From the NCBI GenBank assembly GCA_016214555.1, contig JACROF010000014.1, positions 1 to 45,035 of the forward strand: DNA of 45,035 bases, in the 5' to 3' direction. The translations under genes and the position numbers were made by a program. This document shows positions 26,708 to 35,741 of this stretch, piece by piece. The notes beneath the pieces were generated by a model. The model did not search any database, had not been told where the DNA came from, and saw nothing but the letters and a program-made list of their open reading frames with translations. The DNA comes from Candidatus Levyibacteriota bacterium. GTDB lineage: Bacteria; Patescibacteriota; Microgenomatia; Levybacterales; UBA12049. Every line of letters starts with the position of its first letter. Position 1 is the stretch's first letter.

Positions 26708-27862
26708 ATGAAATCTTCTACCAGACGTTCTTTTAAAAAAAATATTCGATTTATTCTCTTTATTTGTACGCTTATAGTCATCCTTGGAATCGTTTTCACT
26801 CGTTTTTTGCCTTCACCCTCAAATGTTTCGGGTCCTTCAAAATCCTTAAAGTCTCCTGAAATTGAGAAAATTTTGGCTACCAATGATCTCGCCGTAAGAC
26901 AGGAGAACTACAAGAAGCTTTTGGAAAGAGTGGGACCTGTTAAGGCCCAGGAGGAGCTTTTTCATTCGGGAATTCCTTATGATGGGAGCGCTCATTTACT
27001 CAATCATGAGATTGGCGAGTGGCTGTATGACAAATATAGCATTAAAGGCATTATTTATTGCAAAGACTATTTTCTTTCATCTTGTTACCATGGGCTGTTG
27101 ATAGAAGTAATTGGACAACATGGCTTTGAGGGGTTAACTCAGGCGATGGAGGCGTGTAACAAAGTAAGTCAGTCTGTTGCTGTGCAGTGCGCACATGGGA
27201 TTGGTCATGGACTTTTAGCATGGAATGGATACAAAAATCTTCCTAAGGCACTAAGCGATTGTGAGGTAGTTGCTGCACAGTCCAAAAATTTTTCAGTCTA
27301 TAACTGTGAAGACGGTATATTTATGGAGAATAATTGGGCAGTACATGAAGATGGAGTTCCTTCGCCTGACAGGTGGGTTAGCGAAGCTGATCCGACATAT
27401 CCTTGCTATGACGACAGAATTGCAGAAAGATTTCGAAAAGCGTGTTGGTCCAATCAGCCGCAAGTAATGTACAAGCTTTTTCAGGGCAATATCGATAAAA
27501 TTGTGGATGAATGTGAGAATATCAAAGCAAAAGAATATCAGGAGATCTGTTTTGATTCGATTGCACGACAAATTAACCCCGTAGCAAGTGGTGATCCCCA
27601 AAAGATTTTTGAACTTTGTAACAAGATGCCCGTTGGTTGGAAAAACTTTTGTGTTGTTTCAAATGTAAACGCTCTTTTTTCTTTAGGTGATGAGAAAACA
27701 CCTTTTGTTGTCTGTAGCATGATCCCTGCAAGTGGCGAGAGAAGATGCTATGAGCTAATTCAGCAGAGAATAAGAGGGAATGTCCAGAATCTTCAGGAAA
27801 AATTGAGGCTTTGTGCAATGATACCAAAAGATTATCGCTCAACGCAGTACTGTCCGCAGTAG
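26708..27862 (+). CDS. Membrane-anchored Cys/His-rich helical-repeat protein (paralog B)
   Basis: TM anchor; AHLLNH, SCYHG, CAHGIGHG, CEDGIFME, YPC. Confidence 0.8.
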   Translation: MKSSTRRSFKKNIRFILFICTLIVILGIVFTRFLPSPSNVSGPSKSLKSPEIEKILATNDLAVRQENYKKLLERVGPVKAQEELFHSGIPYDGSAHLLNHEIGEWLYDKYSIKGIIYCKDYFLSSCYHGLLIEVIGQHGFEGLTQAMEACNKVSQSVAVQCAHGIGHGLLAWNGYKNLPKALSDCEVVAAQSKNFSVYNCEDGIFMENNWAVHEDGVPSPDRWVSEADPTYPCYDDRIAERFRKACWSNQPQVMYKLFQGNIDKIVDECENIKAKEYQEICFDSIARQINPVASGDPQKIFELCNKMPVGWKNFCVVSNVNALFSLGDEKTPFVVCSMIPASGERRCYELIQQRIRGNVQNLQEKLRLCAMIPKDYRSTQYCPQ

Positions 27863-27864
27863 AC

Positions 27865-28335
27865 CTATTCTGCAATATAGACAATTCCTGCAGCTTCCCT
27901 ATTTTTATCGCATCCTATGCCAAATATCTTGGAGCCTTCGGGGATAGTCGGTAGAGGAACAGCTAGCGACTTTTTCGCTTCAATTCTCAGAGGTTTTTGC
28001 GATGGGAGAGTGATAAAGTGGTCCTTAGTGTCTGAGTTCTGGAAAACGATTTGGGAATTTGATAGAGAGCGGTAGATTTTGGGTGAAAAATTACAACCAG
28101 ACACCTCAATAAATCCTGCAGTTTGTGCCTGACTTGCTACATTTTTTTGAAACTGACTGTATGTCTTGTCATTAAGCTGATTTGAGCTTATTTGATGAAG
28201 AAGGCTATCTGTTTTAGTCAAAAAACCAAGGGGAGACCTTAAATCAGATAAAAGAAAATATCCGAGAACGATATCTGCGATAAGAAAAAAAACAAATATG
28301 ATAAAAAGTTGACGATGCCCTAGTAATTTTTTCAT
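27865..28335 (-). CDS. Membrane-anchored cupredoxin-like domain protein
   Basis: TM anchor; FSP...IVFQNSDTKDHFI...GC...GIVYI pattern; TTGACT-N17-TAGCAT 6 nt upstream of ATG. Confidence 0.6.
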   Translation of the reverse strand: MKKLLGHRQLFIIFVFFLIADIVLGYFLLSDLRSPLGFLTKTDSLLHQISSNQLNDKTYSQFQKNVASQAQTAGFIEVSGCNFSPKIYRSLSNSQIVFQNSDTKDHFITLPSQKPLRIEAKKSLAVPLPTIPEGSKIFGIGCDKNREAAGIVYIAE

Positions 28336-28377
28336 ATTCTCATGCTAACCAACTGTACAAATGGAGTCAAGAAATGA

Positions 28378-29421
28378 TTATCTCTTAAGTGCAAGATGGA
28401 TAAGGCGACTAACAAGTTCTTGATACGAGAGTCCGCTTTTTTCCCATAATTTTGGGTACATGCTAATATTGGTAAAGCCAGGAATGGTATTGAGTTCGTT
28501 AATATAGACATTATTAGTCCTCTTCTCAACAAAAAAATCCACCCGTGCCATTCCCCTGCATTCAAGTATTTTAAACGCTTTGATCGCACAGTCTTGAATT
28601 TGTTTGGTAAGTTTTTCAGAAAGCTCTGCTGGAATGATAAGTTCAGCTCCATGAGAATCAATATATTTTGACTGATAAGAATAAAATTCATCGTGAGGCT
28701 TTATTTCTCCTAAAAGTGAGGCTTTCGGATTTTCATTTCCCAGTACCGAGCACTCAATTTCACGAGCATCAATTGCTTTCTCTACCAAAATTTTACTGTC
28801 ATATAGAAATGCTTCATCAATCCCATCGTAAAATTCTTTTTCATTTTTTGCCTTGGTGATGCCAACTGATGAGCCAAGATTGGCAGGTTTGATAAAAAGT
28901 GTTGAAGAGAGCTCGGCTACAAGTTTTTTGTAATCTATTTTTTGTTTTTCAGTTTTGGTAAAAGATTTATAGTCAACAACAGGGAGCCCTGCCTCTTTCA
29001 GTAGTCTTTTAGTAATATCTTTATCCATACAGATTGCTGATCCCAAAACATCACTCCCGACAAAAGGCTTGTTAGCAAGTTTTAACATACCCTGCACAGT
29101 CCCATCCTCACCATATGGTCCATGGAGGACGGGAAAAAAAACATCGATCTTATTGAGGTCAAAAGCAGCAGGCAATGAGGAGGTTTGGACCTGAGCTTTT
29201 TTAGTTTGAGAAGAGGGAAGTGCAAATGTTTTTTCAAGAAGAGGCAATGCTTTGTCTTGAAAACACCACGAGCCATTTTTATCTATACCGATAAGAACAG
29301 GAGTATAGAGTGAGACATCAAGTGCTTGGATAATATTTTTCGCTGACTGGATGGAGACTTCATGCTCCTCTGATCTACCCCCAAAAATAATTCCAACGGT
29401 GATTTTTTTATGCTTACCCAT
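28378..29421 (-). CDS. ddl: D-alanine--D-alanine ligase
   Basis: FGGRSEEHEVS, LHGPYGEDG, KPANLGSSVG, FYSYQSKY, NELNTIPG. Confidence 0.98.
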   Translation of the reverse strand: MGKHKKITVGIIFGGRSEEHEVSIQSAKNIIQALDVSLYTPVLIGIDKNGSWCFQDKALPLLEKTFALPSSQTKKAQVQTSSLPAAFDLNKIDVFFPVLHGPYGEDGTVQGMLKLANKPFVGSDVLGSAICMDKDITKRLLKEAGLPVVDYKSFTKTEKQKIDYKKLVAELSSTLFIKPANLGSSVGITKAKNEKEFYDGIDEAFLYDSKILVEKAIDAREIECSVLGNENPKASLLGEIKPHDEFYSYQSKYIDSHGAELIIPAELSEKLTKQIQDCAIKAFKILECRGMARVDFFVEKRTNNVYINELNTIPGFTNISMYPKLWEKSGLSYQELVSRLIHLALKR

Positions 29422-29506
29422 GCGGAAATGCCATTATAACGCAAAAAACATGATATGTCATAAAATAATTTGAGAATGTGGGAATATCTTGATAAAGTCT
29501 CCGAAT

Positions 29507-30043
29507 TTAGAATAACAGTCCCGCTTTAGCAAGTGATGCAATGACTGCTGAGGCTTTGATCTCACCCTGAAGTATTTTTTGCTTTATTTCCAAAACTGTC
29601 ATGAATTGTGACTCAATTGATTCGGTGTCCTCAAGTGTTTGGTCCTTCGTTTTTTGTATATCACGGGCTCTTACGATATGTGCTTGATGTGAGTCTTTGG
29701 AGGGATAATCATAGAGTGCCCCAAGATAGTCGTAGGCTGTAGCTGTATATCCTGTTTCTTCAAGTAGCTCTCTTTTGGCAGTACTGGCAGGGTCTTCATT
29801 TTTTTCAATATGCCCTGCGGGTAACGTAAGAAGAGTTTCATTAACTGCGTATTTGTATTCATGGATGAGAAGAACATTATTAGCCTTATCAGTTGCGACA
29901 ATCATAACAAAATCTGGCTTTTGCACTACGGTATAATCTGGAATGGTTTTGCCATTTGGGAGTTCTATTTCGTCCTCAAATACTGTTACAAAAGGAGAGC
30001 TATATGATGTTTTTCTCCCGATACGTTTCCAAGAATTTGACAT
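29507..30043 (-). CDS. Nudix hydrolase (ADP-ribose pyrophosphatase-like)
   Basis: Nudix box GHIEKNEDPASTAKRELLEETGY. Confidence 0.92.
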   Translation of the reverse strand: MSNSWKRIGRKTSYSSPFVTVFEDEIELPNGKTIPDYTVVQKPDFVMIVATDKANNVLLIHEYKYAVNETLLTLPAGHIEKNEDPASTAKRELLEETGYTATAYDYLGALYDYPSKDSHQAHIVRARDIQKTKDQTLEDTESIESQFMTVLEIKQKILQGEIKASAVIASLAKAGLLF

Positions 30044-30078
30044 TGCTTAGGCTAAGTATAGCATTTACTTTGTAACCG

Positions 30079-30107
30079 TTGCATATCGAGATCATTTTGG
30101 CTATAAT
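30079..30107 (+). promoter_or_regulatory. Sigma70 promoter of rpsB-tsf
   Basis: TTGCAT-N17-TATAAT. Confidence 0.8.
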
Positions 30108-30115
30108 ACTTTTCA

Positions 30116-30176
30116 TCACGCACATCCGATTGATGTCTTGTATCTGTTTACTCAGATAAAATGATTGGATGGAGGG
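30116..30176 (+). ncRNA. Probable rpsB (S2) autoregulatory leader
   Basis: CACGCAC 5' motif, stem CATCCGATT/GATTGGATG, trailing GGAGG, resembling the E. coli rpsB leader layout. Confidence 0.6.
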
Positions 30177-30177
30177 T

Positions 30178-30210
30178 TCCGCCTACGTCAAATGACTTCG
30201 GCGAGACAAG
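30178..30210 (+). repeat. REP-like palindromic element between the S2 leader and rpsB start
   Basis: CGCC-tac-GTCA-aa-TGAC-ttc-GGCG; resembles 18067-18098. Confidence 0.6.
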
Positions 30211-30221
30211 AAAGACACATT

Positions 30222-31058
30222 ATGAAAAATATTACACTTGAACAATTGTTAGAAGTTGGTAGTCATTTTGGCCACCAAGTAACCCGCCAAAACCCAAAAG
30301 CTCGCGACTATATTTTCGAAGCTCGCGACAATATCCATATTATCGATCTTGCAAAAACAAAAGAAGGCCTTGATGAGGCTGCCGAATTTGTCAAAAATCT
30401 TGCTCGAAGAGAAGGATCAACCATGATCATTCTTGGAGCAAAAAGACAAGCTGAGACTCTTGTTAAAGATGCTTCCAAAAAAGCAAAAGAAGCTGGAGTT
30501 GATGGTCTTTATTTTGTTACCAACAGATGGATCGGTGGTATCCTCACAAATTATCAAGAAGTATCTAAAAATTTTAAAAGATTAAAAGATCTTACTAAAT
30601 TTATGGATACCCCATCAGAAAAAGCTCGATTTACCAAAAAAGAAGTATCTCTTATGGAGAAAGAGCGCGCGAAGCTTGAGAGTTTTTATTGGGGAGTTGC
30701 TGACATGAAACATGTTCCTGATGCTGTTTTTGTTATTGATACTCATTTGGAAGATTTGGCTGTTAAGGAAGCGCTTGCTACCAATATTACGACAGTTGGT
30801 ATCACTGACACTAACGCAGATCCAACCATTATTGATTACCCAATTCCTGCAAATGACGATGCTGTGGGATCAGTTGAGTTGATTTTGACACATATTGTCG
30901 AAGCGTGGATCGAGGGTCGAAAAAATATGGAAGAGGCAGCAAAACCAGAAGCTGAAGCAAAAGCAAAAGTTGAAGAGAAAAAAGAGCCAACAAAAGAAAA
31001 AGTAGCTTCAAAAGAGGAAAAAGTTAAAAAAACTCCTGCAAAAAAAACAACAAAATAA
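30222..31058 (+). CDS. rpsB: 30S ribosomal protein S2
   Basis: LLEVGSHFGH, HIIDL, RWIGGILTN, DTNADP, PANDD; Lys/Glu-rich tail; real start MKNIT at 30222. Confidence 0.98.
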   Translation: MKNITLEQLLEVGSHFGHQVTRQNPKARDYIFEARDNIHIIDLAKTKEGLDEAAEFVKNLARREGSTMIILGAKRQAETLVKDASKKAKEAGVDGLYFVTNRWIGGILTNYQEVSKNFKRLKDLTKFMDTPSEKARFTKKEVSLMEKERAKLESFYWGVADMKHVPDAVFVIDTHLEDLAVKEALATNITTVGITDTNADPTIIDYPIPANDDAVGSVELILTHIVEAWIEGRKNMEEAAKPEAEAKAKVEEKKEPTKEKVASKEEKVKKTPAKKTTK

Positions 31059-31120
31059 TTCAAAATTTAGAATTCAAAATTCAGAGTTAATTCTGAATTA
31101 TAAAATCTGAATTCTACATT
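31057..31120. repeat. Empty AATTCAG-family heptamer hairpin between rpsB and tsf
   Basis: aattcaa aatttag aattcaa aattcag / ctgaatt ataaaat ctgaatt ctacatt; 18 nt identical to 20771-20788. Confidence 0.85.
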
Positions 31121-31128
31121 ACAATAAT

Positions 31129-31584
31129 ATGGCAAATGCAAATATAGAACTTCTCAAAAAACTTCGAAATGAAACCTCTGCATCAATTGCAGATTGTCGT
31201 GCTGCCTTAGAAGAAACAGACAACGATTATGCAAAGGCTCAGGAATGGCTCAAAAAAAGAGGTCTTGAAAAGGCTGAGAAAAAATCAGATAGGGAGACTC
31301 AGCAGGGGCTTGTTGAGGCATATATCCATAATGGGGGTAAAGTCGGAGCGCTCATCGTCCTTCAGTGCGAGACAGATTTTGTTGCTAGAACTGAGGAGTT
31401 CAAAGGACTTGCTCGAGAGATTGGGATGCAGGTTGCAGCAATGAATCCTGAATCAGTTGAGGCACTTCTTAAACAAGAATATATTCGAGATGCTTCTTTG
31501 ACAATTGAGAGTCTTATTAAAAGTGTTATTGGAAAATTAGGTGAAAACATCACCCTTCGTGAATTTAAACGCTTCGAGATCTAG
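31129..31584 (+). CDS. tsf: Elongation factor Ts (short form)
   Basis: KKLRNET, DCRAAL, CETDFVAR, GMQVAAMNP, KLGENI. Confidence 0.97.
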   Translation: MANANIELLKKLRNETSASIADCRAALEETDNDYAKAQEWLKKRGLEKAEKKSDRETQQGLVEAYIHNGGKVGALIVLQCETDFVARTEEFKGLAREIGMQVAAMNPESVEALLKQEYIRDASLTIESLIKSVIGKLGENITLREFKRFEI

Positions 31585-32482
31585 CTAAGTAAGTAAAAAT
31601 AACCCCTGTAGTTATGTAGACCCCAACGGTTGACAGAAGAAGTAAAACACTCTGTGTTAAGATTTTAACGATAGAAAAATCACCTATAAATTTGGGATCA
31701 GAATAATACATATTGACAGCATAAAGAGCAAGTGTACTAAAGCAGATACCTATGATGAGTGAGAGGTGCTTATATGAAGTCTTGGTGAAGTATATATATC
31801 CATGATAGAGAAGAAGATAAGTAAGCGGTAGCATCGCGACGATAATTGGGATTATGAATAATATCCCAAAACACGCCAAGCCATTATTGCAGTTAGCAAC
31901 TGATTGAGTAAGGCTTAGTATCACGAATTGGAAGACAACCCCGATTATGAAAGATGTGATACTGAGTGCAGGAGTAATATATTTTTTTCTTGTAGGAGAA
32001 ATGGATGATTTGCTTGATGGTGAGAAAATCCTATAGGAATGATAGATGAGATACGCTCCCGATGCGTTGAGTCCAAATAAAAAAAGAACAATAAGTAAAA
32101 GTTGATAGCTAAAACTGACAAAAAGCACAGAGAAAGTCCAAGAGAAGATATAGAGACTAAACCACATCATTAGACCTCCTGCGACAACTGAAAGAGGATT
32201 CACGTTTTTTCCTGTAGGATCTGCAGGTATTTTGGTTACTATACCAATGAGTATGAGGACAATGCCAATAATAGGAAATAATATCCAAGTAAGGGCTGAT
32301 ACATTGAAATTCTTCATACCAAATGAGGTTATCGCGAGTAAACCAGGTTGAGCTGTTTGAATAACAATAATTGACCCAATGATGATAAGGGGCATATTTT
32401 TTCTTTGTGCAGGATTTGCTGCCGGAACAGAAATAATATCAGGTGAAACTTGCTGAATAGGTGTAATTTCTGGCTGTGGCAT
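31565..32482 (-). CDS. Hypothetical polytopic membrane protein
   Basis: About 8 hydrophobic segments; ATG 32482 preferred. Confidence 0.75.
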   Translation of the reverse strand: MPQPEITPIQQVSPDIISVPAANPAQRKNMPLIIIGSIIVIQTAQPGLLAITSFGMKNFNVSALTWILFPIIGIVLILIGIVTKIPADPTGKNVNPLSVVAGGLMMWFSLYIFSWTFSVLFVSFSYQLLLIVLFLFGLNASGAYLIYHSYRIFSPSSKSSISPTRKKYITPALSITSFIIGVVFQFVILSLTQSVANCNNGLACFGILFIIPIIVAMLPLTYLLLYHGYIYFTKTSYKHLSLIIGICFSTLALYAVNMYYSDPKFIGDFSIVKILTQSVLLLLSTVGVYITTGVIFTYLARSRSV

Positions 32483-32591
32483 GTCTATTGTCAGTATGAA
32501 GACCGCCACTTTTTTAGTCAATAGATTTGTATCTAACGAGAATACATTGACATTATTTTAAAAAATATTAAAGTAGAGTATAATTAAGCAA

Positions 32592-33149
32592 ATGGATACT
32601 GTTGTAACCCTCAAAAATCAAATCGAAAAAATACTCGACCTCATCAAAACAGACATCAGTACTATTCGTACTGGTCGAGCTACTCCTAGTCTTGTTGAAA
32701 ATATTGCAATTGTTACCTACGGAGGTTCGACAAAACTTCGTGTGATGGAGCTTGCAACGATTGCGGCCAATGATCCTCAATCTCTTGTTATTACACCTTT
32801 TGACCAGACGACCAGGGAAGACATTCGGAAAGGAATTATGGAAGCAGGTAGTGGGCTCAATCCTGTTGATGATGGCAATGTCCTTCGTATCAATATTCCT
32901 CCACTTTCAACAGAGAGGCGTGAAGAGCTTATCAAAATGATGCATCATAAATTAGAGAATGGAAAAGTAATGGTGCGGCAGGCAAGACACGAAGCAATGG
33001 ATGAAGTTAAAAAACGGGTTGACGATGAGGGGTTGTCAGAGGATGAGAAAGCGAGACTTGAAAAAGAAGTTCAAAAAATAGTCGATGATACTATCGCGAC
33101 GATTGACAGCATGGGGAAGCAAAAAGAAGAAGAGCTTTTAGCGATCTAG
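32592..33149 (+). CDS. frr: Ribosome recycling factor
   Basis: IRTGRATP, GLNP, IPPLSTERREEL, VRQARHE, KEEELL. Confidence 0.98.
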   Translation: MDTVVTLKNQIEKILDLIKTDISTIRTGRATPSLVENIAIVTYGGSTKLRVMELATIAANDPQSLVITPFDQTTREDIRKGIMEAGSGLNPVDDGNVLRINIPPLSTERREELIKMMHHKLENGKVMVRQARHEAMDEVKKRVDDEGLSEDEKARLEKEVQKIVDDTIATIDSMGKQKEEELLAI

Positions 33150-33156
33150 CATGCTT

Positions 33157-33298
33157 GCGTATGGCGAATAGCAGATGGTGTATGGTTCTACTGTTTGTTT
33201 TTAAGCCATAGCTTAAACGACTGAATCTTCTTAACTAATATTTCCGCTTGTAGATAAAGTTTAATATAGCGAAGCGAGCTATTTGCCATAAGCTATAA
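33157..33298. repeat. Heptamer inverted arms enclosing a probable four-helix-bundle gene remnant
   Basis: gcgtatggcgaatagc (33157-33172) pairs with gctatttgccataagc (33278-33293). Confidence 0.75.
33188..33289 (-). pseudogene. 33-codon mini-ORF resembling an internally deleted four-helix-bundle gene
   Basis: MANSSLRYIKLYLQAEILVKKIQSFKLWLKNKQ*; not in the supplied ORF track. Confidence 0.5.
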
Positions 33299-33319
33299 GC
33301 GAATGTATAATTAAACTTC

Positions 33320-34504
33320 ATGCTACTTACAGCCCTTGTTTTCCTCATCATCTTAAGCGTTCTTGTCCTCATTCACGAGCTTGGTCATTTTCTGGTAGCA
33401 AAAAAACTCAATATTAAGGTAGAAGAATTCGGATTTGGATTTCCTCCTCGCCTTTTTGGAATTAAAAGAGGCGAAACTATCTACTCAATTAACTGGCTTC
33501 CTATTGGTGGTTTTGTGAAATTGTATGGAGAGGATGATGCAGGTGGGGGTACAGTAAAATTAAAAATTAAAAATGAAAAATTAAAAATGAAGGAGCTTCA
33601 CAGAGCTTTTTTTGTAAGGTCAGTTGGGCAGCGGGCAGCTGTTGTTGTTGCTGGCGTTGTAATGAATACATTTCTAGCAATCATTATCTTTTATGTTTTT
33701 TTGTTTGTTTCAGGATTTAAGACTGAACTTCCTCTTTTGACTGATCACAAATTTATTGGAGTTACTCGATCAAACAAGACTGATATTATCGTCACATCAG
33801 TGCAAAAGGACTCGCCTGCACAAAAAGCAGGGATCCCAATTTATGGGAAGATAATAAGTATTAATGATCAGGCTATCGGTTCTTCTGAAAATTTTATTAC
33901 AACAGTTAAAAAATATCAGGGAAAAACTATTAAGATTGCCTGGCTTGACCCAAAAACACAAAAGAAAGTTGTCGCACAACTTGTTCCAAGACTAAATCCT
34001 CCAAAAGGACAGGGTGCTGTTGGGGTTAGTCTCTATGGTATAAAGACGGCAATTCTTGATTATCAAACAACCGGGCAAAGATTTTTTTCAGGGATATCGC
34101 ATCCGTTCAATCTAATTGTTTATAATGTTGAGCTTATGAAAAATCTCGTTGCTTCAGCGGTGCGTGAGAAAGATGCATCTCAACTTGGAGAGGGATTTGC
34201 AGGCCCCGTTGGTATTTACTCACTCGTTGGAACTATTGTCCAAATTCCAGATCTTAAGGAGAGAGTTTTGCAACTTCTTAATTTGGCTGGTCTATTGTCA
34301 ATGTCGCTTGCTGTTTTTAACATACTCCCGATACCAGCACTTGATGGTGGAAGGTTATTTTTCATTCTTATTGAAGGAATATTCAGAAAAAAAGTAAGCG
34401 TGCGATTTGAGACACTAGCTCATACTATTGGCATGATAGTACTTCTTGGTTTGATTGTTGTAATTACTTTTAATGATATTTTTAGATTCATTCTTAATCG
34501 CTAG
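33320..34504 (+). CDS. rseP: RIP metalloprotease (M50) with PDZ domain
   Basis: HELGH, LPIGGFVKLYGE, AGVVMN, SPAQKAG, GPVGI, NILPIPALDGG. Confidence 0.96.
   Translation: MLLTALVFLIILSVLVLIHELGHFLVAKKLNIKVEEFGFGFPPRLFGIKRGETIYSINWLPIGGFVKLYGEDDAGGGTVKLKIKNEKLKMKELHRAFFVRSVGQRAAVVVAGVVMNTFLAIIIFYVFLFVSGFKTELPLLTDHKFIGVTRSNKTDIIVTSVQKDSPAQKAGIPIYGKIISINDQAIGSSENFITTVKKYQGKTIKIAWLDPKTQKKVVAQLVPRLNPPKGQGAVGVSLYGIKTAILDYQTTGQRFFSGISHPFNLIVYNVELMKNLVASAVREKDASQLGEGFAGPVGIYSLVGTIVQIPDLKERVLQLLNLAGLLSMSLAVFNILPIPALDGGRLFFILIEGIFRKKVSVRFETLAHTIGMIVLLGLIVVITFNDIFRFILNR
33557..33591 (+). repeat. Tandem heptamer (AAATT/GAA) x5 inside rseP
   Basis: aaattaa aaattaa aaatgaa aaattaa aaatgaa, encoding KLKIKNEKLKMK. 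Confidence 0.85.
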
Positions 34505-34540
34505 ATTGAACCTTGTCAGGAAATGATTTATACTCATCCT

Positions 34541-35686
34541 ATGGCATCTGAAAAGCTAGTTATACCTCCACCACTTGCGATTGCCAAAGAGGCATGGGAA
34601 ATATATAAAAAAAGATTTTGGAATGTTGTCGGAGTTTTTCTAAGAAGTATTCTCTATTTTTTGGGTTATATTCTTGCTGCAGCATTTGTAGGCTTTGTCC
34701 TTTTCCGCATTTTTTCTGATAGATGGAATATTTTTTCTTACGGTCTTGTAGGTATTTTTGCTATCGCTGTAATGATAGGTTTTGTTTTTCTTGCTTCATG
34801 GGTTCAGGCTGCTTATATTGTTGTTATTAGAGATTGGAAAAAGGATGGTGGAGCCAAGGAGGCATTTGCTCACGCACAAAAATATGTTGTACCACTTATT
34901 CTAACCTCTTTACTTGCAGGTTTTCTTGTATTTGGTGCGACATTTTTTCTTATACTTCCAGGTCTTACTTTTAGTCTTTGGTTTAGTTTTGCATCATATG
35001 TAGTTATCTGTGAAGAAAAGAGAGGATTTTTAGCTCTCCACACCAGCAGAGAATTTTATAGAAATGCATTTTGGCGAGTGTGGTGGAGACAGATTGCTGT
35101 AAGAATTCCAGAGATGGTTGTCGCATTTATTATTGGTTTTATGATTACACAAAAAACATTACCGCCTGAAGTGAACGGACTGTATCAGTGTATTTCATTT
35201 CTTTTAATTCCTTTTTATTTTTCATATTCTTTTGTACTGTATGATAAGTTGATTAGCAAGCGTCCGGCTCCCCATGTTGTCTCATCTCGGAACAAAAATT
35301 GGTACCTCCTTTTTTCTATCCTTGGTTATGTGCTGGCAATTGTTATGGGTATTTTGGTTTTTTCAACAGCCAAAGAGGCACTCCCAAAAATTGCGTCTTT
35401 TATTGATCAATATGATCCAAATTCAATATCAAGTCAGGGAATAAAGCCTGCGACTGCAATAGTTTACGGACTCATTAGTTACCACGCTTCCTATGGAGAG
35501 TACCCAACATCTTTGTCAGAGCTTGTTGATGGGAAATTTTTGGCAACGATTCCTGTTCAAAAAGAGACGGGTTTTTCTTATCAATACTCTGCTGAAAAAT
35601 CCAATCAGGATTTTAAGCTATGTACGCCAAAAACAGTAAAACCCAAAAAATGTCTTACTTCAACATCTCGCTCATTTGATCTCTAG
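34541..35686 (+). CDS. Polytopic membrane protein with C-terminal pilin/GspG-like globular domain
   Basis: 6-7 TM segments, then LISY...GEYPTSLSEL...IP...YQY...FKLC; TTGAAC-N17-TATACT 6 nt before ATG 34541. Confidence 0.65.
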   Translation: MASEKLVIPPPLAIAKEAWEIYKKRFWNVVGVFLRSILYFLGYILAAAFVGFVLFRIFSDRWNIFSYGLVGIFAIAVMIGFVFLASWVQAAYIVVIRDWKKDGGAKEAFAHAQKYVVPLILTSLLAGFLVFGATFFLILPGLTFSLWFSFASYVVICEEKRGFLALHTSREFYRNAFWRVWWRQIAVRIPEMVVAFIIGFMITQKTLPPEVNGLYQCISFLLIPFYFSYSFVLYDKLISKRPAPHVVSSRNKNWYLLFSILGYVLAIVMGILVFSTAKEALPKIASFIDQYDPNSISSQGIKPATAIVYGLISYHASYGEYPTSLSELVDGKFLATIPVQKETGFSYQYSAEKSNQDFKLCTPKTVKPKKCLTSTSRSFDL

Positions 35687-35741
35687 TCCAATCTGCTCCA
35701 TTGAACGATAAGATGTTATCTGGTATATATAAGTGCAACTC

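Noticed and set aside
30165-30221. N-terminal extension of S2 in the ORF track
   Set aside because: Region is the structured leader plus a REP-like element; S2 homology starts at ATG 30222
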